IMG/VR virus record: IMGVR_UViG_3300034108_002091
DNA from: an uncultured virus (IMG/VR IMGVR_UViG_3300034108_002091)
Lineage: Duplodnaviria > Heunggongvirae > Uroviricota > Caudoviricetes
Length of the DNA stretch: 64,000 bases
Direction: 5' to 3' (one strand)
Shown here: one piece after another, positions 61,701 through 64,000 of the stretch
Layout: the number at the start of each line of letters is the position of its first letter
How positions within the stretch are numbered: the stretch's first letter is position 1
The notes under the pieces: model-generated
What the model saw: the letters and a program-made list of their open reading frames with translations, nothing else
Told to the model about the DNA's origin: nothing
Databases searched by the model: none
Program-made: the position numbers and the translations under genes

Positions 61701-61735
61701 ATGATCAGGTAATGAAAGGAAACGTTCTTTGCTGA
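46712..61735 (+). CDS. Giant virion RNA polymerase polyprotein (5007 aa) with SF1-helicase-like and zincin domains
   Basis: RNAP motifs 'GFRIPSTG' (about 58373) and 'GSDYDVDSL' (DYDVD at 58487-58501), plus 'TDGQG' and 'AAIDNVKE'. P-loop GVIGAGKT (50513-50536), 'IIVDE', 'IGDQAQ' and 'AQGKTWD'. HEVFH at 54101-54115. Confidence 0.88.
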   Translation: MYKPTPDVRSYGAESLPNYGGQSGEAVSPLDAAYAAAMKTMEATDTPLYGFEQYTPYEYAKRYMSGRGHSGYIGMQSSEDYNAQRQNNWIKASNGLMKGTGVALTSFIDGTVGTLVGLTNWIDKKKFSAFFDNPVTNAMEDFRKLTEEWAPNYYTDVERNAEWYSTDNWFKTNFLFDKLIKNAGFAAAAIGEGALVAKLLQGLTKMTAVGKMAQAVDELEYGLSAVSRGEKASDAFKGFGSGMLKSYLQKPIAGMTEIESLSARAAKVEKATASVINKAASVVATTAEANAEALQGTRRLREELIQSYKDANNGNFPDAETMKDIEMRAAEGGSIRFGMNVLTLGISNMIQFPRLLNGSLSAEKGAIAREIKDVAVDKTGAATARAGENYVTKSALMSTKQKAFSSLAKKLGAVELSEGAEEGMQYAIEEGIHEYEMMAQHPKAVEAIKNIFTHGLSQTINSKEGMESVMLGILTGGLMNKATNFGKNTKIQKNTTAFLSEVNKAPQAADVIAYKNENDSYSAEMVRSISRGFAAQQEKEQGHAQGDMVKVKDADAKAFIAYALPRIKYGRFDLLQSELDQYASMPFDEVKKELGLPENVTQEDVNKRINSLKEKAAVLKNLYESMSMRFGQQVVKKDGKVQAKYTPKQIDELVYHAFRVADYERRYNDLFGQVNDALGKSNYKGKFSLEALFDKSLRKDENNKEVDLERIRTQMYKQLNSIQPDQQQDKDGVSYAEKLRDLERIQNRREEYLYHFEDVKSQDIMDLDAFELENASLDDYLKFERQSKNRTLMRQLDKNTERRPDTKKLMDFVNAKLKEGWQSSEIVSAIKAENTFVYDGTKENVMAQNVGESSVLEEAIQQYSDQMDTLDPTDPEDMAMMGEAQVASDNLQAALDKLMTERQDIPKFEDEPFIGNDYAIRRALADSYVGKADVFLSAAKQDADYGDEKTVSAISKVINELKKLKSIFADRKDGIGESQEFRGFEDKLKTAISDLEELNQKIKERIADREAIQNQAVEDYAEVRSMAVGYDVRNQKVISQKLYDLFKSLIGEKELSELLKQLSSTKQLYYADILVDFVNQKATNEQKDQFKAAIEEEMKSLAKQIDESTFAKEFKKGAVGTKKENIKKLLENPGAYIHQVIEEVAYGFRDKTDNPFGRYLVKHGNTRQLQKDLEATGGEYNYVKGSTPEFLELYHQYRSLADLSQVIDSTQSQYDIYARLEKQVKEDMAANRPVPTQQQMLAIRETLTSLFSGKPVAKAYDGWIYLEGVIGAGKTSVFGRYVLNAYKGILGKNGVTTDINTLVQGTADLQTTAENLTGALGLTTAKSIPTVITELKNGTFAQNLIIVDEFARAGRSLSDELASAVEEFNKTRDKQVRVLAIGDQAQIRNVAFISSLPTNITHVYPLTISYRSNVNAIADIQQRFKSKGVDVTQGIVTESNFADPKEAGDEKLYGVAGSTSLDQMLDTIASRPASVSKAIIVDDGTQSEVSKKVFERGLQVPIISAREAQGKTWDDVYLWMAPEAGAAPLEYNTRMYTSARGRNFVYLGGINVKTNENKQILSGITKNDSDNTNRAKATADYLNQALDEFEKYFGVDTRTTVPATGIIDQQQSEIKQEAQVKKEEVEDELEDVGDQPAITPDSNKVEVPVEANTIVIDNPVPERSPVVQMRSPFFGGLKRSAGISEDTNSQEFRVVPVVRQDSNGEEFVQMYLMREHNGLFYEIAVIGNQGPNPEIDKFPQIKKAWEEISADYKSKKGSRVLRFSQTGKRGEFVLDSRREFLDEYTVAKGKIVTAKSVSYNYSNTAGGPLRFADTVRKWFADFFSSPDATVKPAVDAETAVKGARIVTLSSKEADEINNKLSNRLVKPGFTYIEITDTNQEGWQRKGIPQYIELKGRVLNNNGDRNSLVHVHKIINPMRRFMGKVKAFDAMLQPFLSNPEVRLMTGGKLELGSPLYNLMVRELSDNNWETNKKKTTDRKINASIEELEQKRKEELLAGGSPIEINRRYDAEILTLLEDTDESYSAEDKAFLDRLFDFLKTGAVEKAKVVEAAREIDELVYGRERHNNFQKQFFYEKEGKKEILSQKDIDEKNEKYQQWIAAYGDARKAFRTGWDKKTKKDMDGNIVPIYGPRSSSTGVIQRIMNKLAQANRLVKTPSGDLYFRTMRVIKGKTVLSSRSLLEISSKEKNAFNYSEARLMESLLAELGILEKYPNGLLMSVQGRNYPFNAPIENGKRVTDNAEPIRPEDLAALEERKSQVKMGPLTMSDLETMFGDNAFDAQGSSLTSLRANIPIEQNWKQSEELTDEYGNAVMDDKNQPITLSAEELHQNYLETNFVSVSPTQLSVTIDGATDSNGGVKPQAESPQPEKKKTSPFKKLYKGPNDAAPKLKSKFKGSTDTIEESKLKDYVKKFIPNLSDEELQVLDPLAMMRLESIHGLQDTWGMFVDKVIYLVNNKRGVYRQVVRHEVFHKIFRNFLNSAERAEIINDAREQFGWTGPNFKTDYQIEEELADIFGNRSERPEGIFSNIATSINRFFRKVATIFGLVSKGRHRIETMFELIESGAFQQPSKEPTFGAAAKRKFKTHYNNDFDLANRVESLWHAYLSSFNTPQFTDEDGQRNNEPPMVLREIKESFIDALRSEQQDLQDKGLELTAEEARYLQAIDVALLQRNNKYVVLNDLIKELYPKSASWEYLNDEEFVNDEDMVATLDDIINKDDNVDFHSKLTDNVKRFLGSLFVEVQGQVVPIRVTNALAKLYKTVTNFDTSSDSFKDNIIKAFEVEHDLKYENNKWEGNQYTAAIADALISLIKQSNIEESQFVVNKKGVVFLNPDVYFKNENTFVYFGQEIKRTGAEEMIMLEKKLAVAETDVDKEQIETEIEGKTFKVESTKDFYARIINEVAAIDKEVGDSSFISEATTEDAMFLLKEVWARDMAQDTLQDMMNLINSGYDVQPRIVVRKGYKDQKIFDYVKLGSNRAVVAYKDNIDSAIRQAVASDKWDIIDSIRASVKSAFESKSPKDQNAAINAFFIQLGVISPSRPLAISSNKQKTALEAIDRILTGLSQKDSAEQNNNHLTGMSSSMRVVAKLIENSDNNQTQASYTDGEGKKRFFQRYIDFAQRTAINLMRKADNLYKVATDSYMNPTQPFKEFTKLYALNYFNPDSGYKINRIFDYGLHDSIKEDWRDFTVQFSNETEVEFMERNFYAQFMGKINEMSSSSLNYLTYGQQPYTISNKTYIKTYEVGVLGTSSKGQVGTIRQAIKAALLQEFYRPDPKDEKFTITRNGQKINPLDIKNYNSRKASISQLTGIEGPAAELWQKMRSAIQSGKAVTEDQYTTLVNAVEKAMSQKADEYLAQMFKTDKISRLDEGFVKDTYKELLGRGVITSKDIPSEIATVKTGENVSVEFKDYNAAEPKFLRPLVQLWYKNFYLNGLMLNQITVGDQAMFKNEYDEIKRMSIFHGIGQSMMVGPRYARQKFRVIVGEDIKSLFDTTKASTDYNFQQSLTDAEVNKMLKEINWTDGQGLMSMRRFEDLQKGYGPGANLQNTLKPVYAGIDQYGVNRTLKYSSVVITDELARKFPLLRELRIKMELNGLTGTDWSRAKTLLEKKIDSGNLSVKEVRELTDLFSKNVNLYLDEFVADSATKTGIPNGKLSFDRSTGRYQGFSMDDMMLPEAAIIDMDNRNWRIQINPAHDIDSHVSLFTQLMYFANFDGRNPEEANSMYSALGSLFGLGITEMKEALEITNVPDLTAKKPKQLEKPIREMLKKKMGSMPGKEKAHEFLEHNVSLNAPFLVNDMVTQLASMFNKSIIRPKFNGSKFVLQSAMLTHDVYQNGKINEVMVPKFDAEKNVMEVYLPNIFKKFLPEEYRSMSDQQLMEMFDKGEVVLNNMMLGFRIPSTGINSAVRIKVKGIYPSENNIIIAPPNITFQHGSDYDVDSLFIIRPTTYTKSEVAEMEKAGFTVSEGESIGQAQGFSNSFQKKLEDEPALRSVLKGYLKNKIVNTYMNLLAKQENREDILKPITFDIPKNAERWDSLFNMAAYYSADPSVGSQMAEFRPLVDKVKEGTVTPEDMKRLEALREEILFTRRDINDPLDLMKMQLDNKSGTKLTGIAANSAKGVAYLLNATTDGELPKLNDDLRFTIDGVEYDGIARVDRGVGGGTQVSEHFSWMVNAAIDNVKEQILQVINMSIGMGNLWLGFTALGMRPAHTLLMLKQPYVQPLVNLNRIKKENVDTIREEIEGKIAALGGSVNEVAISIKDLENLAPLTIGAIDKLSKAEQLAALSTQLAVMDVISKGTRIGNSLFSTTRALSILQNIPPTYEEQQDVLDAIFDIYESETEAVTTGDQGPFATTASYKKHSFLENRPLNKRYAFENVDLFKLPHWAKAYEQFKLLTDLEKAAFFKHSRKMQDLTLLVKNHFGLVGRRSIFTFKDNEDNRMIRDELIKYFFTGLKFNQFGRTVDFNSTNEVYTVTNRERQYTVYGPEAFIQRFIDKVQSLKLHPSYSDNEFLKKLRISKDRKGIQRLSMADISAITHIDNKVLENEFVKLGAADREIYLAELEKEIAENLTELETLKKEALAEAKTEQQRAEIEEKYSKKIYFENKRLNNKWYSELQTDFVKYLVLAEGLRFSGSTFATILPAEIYLPVFKAFDKAMDNIASRDMKELSRVIEHFGLSLILNKADDMQNSVRGLDMDYSTSSVKTEKIGGKDIYYNLKIKGTPGTALTEQQKPRVIKKSIKPYSDNPMYDPDPVDYVFVRMDVSSDNHEAYYALAGKANTHQTYNFRWDLFNETYRFNDHFKGDMVNLISNDVVIETTKIKKQELQTPVLYYGKELPVGSLLSVAKPSDATRIYAQQYKVSKLLKEASAPEVKKELLKKIDELKVKERSMKITDREVRVFEAELETLKKKIDSKQKPTEIQLKNVEEKTKQLAAMKLRLQEKGAVSNELQGLFTQLNQAKFKYELMEIKSEFETTPVQVSADDLRVLYNKTDNFSADWSDEEVLAYHDQVMKGNVLC

Positions 61736-61768
61736 TAACATTATTAACTTCGCTATTATTCATAATCT

Positions 61769-64000
61769 ATGCCCTGTAAATACTTTGGACCTGATGGACA
61801 GCCTTCGATCTTATTCGATGATCTCTATGAACACCATAAGGGAGACGAAAAAGCTGCTGTAAAAGACTGGCTGCTGCAGTTTAGCGCATTCTTTAAGACA
61901 TTTTTCGATTGGGTAACCAATGGAAATACGGCTTCAGGGACCTATCTGAACGGTGAGCCCCGGATAGAGCATGTGCTTAAAGCGGTACGTTTCCAGAAAG
62001 ACGGCATTCGTGAAGATGATACCCTGGTAGAATCTTTCGCTAAGGATCTTAGCCGCCGGTTCAATATATCCGTTGAGTTTGTTACCGAGGCCGATGCCCG
62101 CCGGATGGTTCCCAACTATTCGTACCAGCCGGCATTTTACCAGAACGGCAAGGCCTATCTGGTAAAAAATCGCGTGTCCAGGGTATCCGCCATCCATGAA
62201 ATCTTCGGCCACCCGTTTCTGGATATCATCGAGAACGAAAACAAGCCTTTGTTTTCCAACCTCAGCGAGAAGGTGCAACAGAACCGGGAGATTATGGAAC
62301 GTACCGAGCGGTTCTATCCTGAGCATTTTCCTTCCGGAAAACCCACCAACGAAGGTGTCAAGGAAGCAATTATTTATGCCATTGAGTTGGAAAGCCAGAA
62401 GCGTTTGGATAATAAGGGCCTTCTGGCTGCAATACAGTCGTTCTGGAAGGCTATCGAGCGCCGGTTGAAGTCTTGGCTCAACATACCCTCCTTAAGCCCG
62501 GATATGAGCATTGAAGACATTACAGACCTTGCTTTTAACGGTGAGTTGGATCTATCGTCTGTCCCGGCCACAATGGAGGTGAAATTCAAAGCCGGCACGC
62601 TAGGTATTCAGGACCGCATCTACGACCTGATCAAAAAGGCCAACCGGATGATGAGCCAGATTGTGGATCCTACAGGTAAGGAGCAATATGTCAATTCATT
62701 TTCCCCGGACGATAAATACCAGCGTCTGACCGAATTTACCCGCGAGAAGTTTGAATTTGGCAACCGCACGTCCGACGAGATCGCCGAGCATACGGCCACC
62801 GGTGACTTCTCCCGCCAGAACAAAAACAAAGTCACTGATAAATACCGAGATAGTGAAGGTACCGAGTATACATTTGACGATTGGGTGAAACAGGTGAAGA
62901 TCCGTTACGAGAACATCCGAACCTTTGGTAAGATCGGTCACCTGTACATGGAACTCATTTTTGGCGGCGATCGGGAGAGGATCCAGAAAGACATTACCGC
63001 CCTGAGTACGGAAATCCCTGGTGTGCGTTCCGCTTTCGTGGACCATGACCAGTTCAAATACCTGCTCCAGCCGGAGACCATAGCCCAAATCAAAGAAGAA
63101 TTTGGCATCGATGTGAACGATCGGATTATGTCCGAGACCATCCTTCACAGCGATTTGCTGAAGGTGGCCACCCGCGCGGACGGTATTATCATCAAGGAAA
63201 ACGGCCAGGTAACGCTGGGAGATTATAAGTTTGGTAACCTCTATAACGGAGCGAATACCAACCACATTTTTAAATGGGCGATGGCTCAGGCCCAGTCGTC
63301 TATGCAAAAGTCCAGGCTCAACGATGCTAAGCTGGAAGTGGCCTTTCGTGCAATGATGATGAAGATGCAGAACCCGGAAATCATCTTTGAGGATATGTTT
63401 GTTGCGCAGGTGAATTCCATGCGCGGGGCTCGTAAAGAATCGATCATGCTCCAGGACTATCTAGATATGATCGGTAACTACTACAAGAATGAACAGCCTG
63501 AAGTATATCGTGAGTTGATGAAAAAAGGTGTACTCAATAGCGATATCTACTGGGGTAAAAGCCGATCCCTGAATAAAGCCGAATCAGAAACAGGCGTTCT
63601 TCATAACAAGACAAACTCTACCTACGTCCGCAACCTATACAACGAACTGTTGGTAATTCAGAATCAGTTGAAATCCCTGAATTCTGAATACATCAGTGTC
63701 GCCGAGCGCCGGGCTCGCCAGGGTGTGCTGGAAGATGAACGGCAGCTACTGATTGAAAGCATTCTTTCCATCACCACGGATAAAACGGCTCAGCAGCTGT
63801 TTACCGAGACGGAAGATATCAGCATGCCGGATCTCTATTTCGGTAACAACTATGATGTTAAGAACGAGCTGGCCCAGGTTTACTTTGAAGTGCTGAGGGA
63901 GAAAAAGCAGGCAGCGCGGGAAAAAATTCGTGAAAACACGCAGCAATATGAAAAGGTAGCCAAAGATGTACTGGATGAATACCTGAACAAACGAGGTATT
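61769..64000 (+). CDS. Second giant virion protein (3'-truncated) with zincin-like and PD-(D/E)XK-like motifs
   Basis: Open frame from the ATG at 61769 to the window end (MPCKYFGPDGQPS...), absent from the ORF track. HEIFGH at 62195-62212; 'GKIGHLYME...RADGII...LGDYK' with DYK at 63221-63229. Confidence 0.8.
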   Translation, partial: MPCKYFGPDGQPSILFDDLYEHHKGDEKAAVKDWLLQFSAFFKTFFDWVTNGNTASGTYLNGEPRIEHVLKAVRFQKDGIREDDTLVESFAKDLSRRFNISVEFVTEADARRMVPNYSYQPAFYQNGKAYLVKNRVSRVSAIHEIFGHPFLDIIENENKPLFSNLSEKVQQNREIMERTERFYPEHFPSGKPTNEGVKEAIIYAIELESQKRLDNKGLLAAIQSFWKAIERRLKSWLNIPSLSPDMSIEDITDLAFNGELDLSSVPATMEVKFKAGTLGIQDRIYDLIKKANRMMSQIVDPTGKEQYVNSFSPDDKYQRLTEFTREKFEFGNRTSDEIAEHTATGDFSRQNKNKVTDKYRDSEGTEYTFDDWVKQVKIRYENIRTFGKIGHLYMELIFGGDRERIQKDITALSTEIPGVRSAFVDHDQFKYLLQPETIAQIKEEFGIDVNDRIMSETILHSDLLKVATRADGIIIKENGQVTLGDYKFGNLYNGANTNHIFKWAMAQAQSSMQKSRLNDAKLEVAFRAMMMKMQNPEIIFEDMFVAQVNSMRGARKESIMLQDYLDMIGNYYKNEQPEVYRELMKKGVLNSDIYWGKSRSLNKAESETGVLHNKTNSTYVRNLYNELLVIQNQLKSLNSEYISVAERRARQGVLEDERQLLIESILSITTDKTAQQLFTETEDISMPDLYFGNNYDVKNELAQVYFEVLREKKQAAREKIRENTQQYEKVAKDVLDEYLNKRGI

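Larger units (their letters stand above)
1..64000 (+). mobile_element. crAss-like (Crassvirales-type) bacteriophage, virion morphogenesis and virion RNAP region
   Basis: Order of terminase, portal, acidic protein, MCP, IHF-like genes, tail tubular, tail stabilisation and a giant DxDxD RNA polymerase matches crAss-like phages. All genes are co-oriented and no host housekeeping genes are present. Confidence 0.9.

Noticed and set aside
1..64000. Stop-codon reassignment (TAG/TGA), known in some crAss-like phages
   Set aside because: Genes are full length in the standard code, and TAG (3803, 19184, 44110) and TGA terminate genes at sensible boundaries.

Overview
This 64 kb window is the virion-morphogenesis half of a crAss-like (Crassvirales-type) phage genome. 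Essentially all genes lie on the + strand in the standard genetic code. The host is probably a Bacteroidota bacterium, given the TAnnTTTG promoters and Ala|Gln signal peptides. Gene order: mosaic fibre-like accessory cassette, HU/IHF-like and Zn-finger genes, ClpP-like protease, large terminase with an Ala-initiated (class 3, WCT) LAGLIDADG intein, portal, acidic structural protein, major capsid protein and head/neck genes. An accessory block follows: an HPAT/SRGT-like glycosyltransferase coupled to a mucin-like Pro/Thr protein, a metallophosphoesterase, and signal-peptide-bearing fibre/PKD/esterase proteins. Next come a lysis cassette (holin-like genes, GH19 endolysin, u-spanin-like lipoprotein), tail tubular and stabilisation proteins, and ejection/cargo proteins. 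The window ends with a 5007-aa virion RNA polymerase polyprotein carrying SF1-helicase and zincin domains and the start of a second giant protein. The most unusual items are the putative phage protein O-glycosylation pair and the Sec-exported fibre/adhesin cassette. All calls rest on motif recognition and synteny; no database searches were run.
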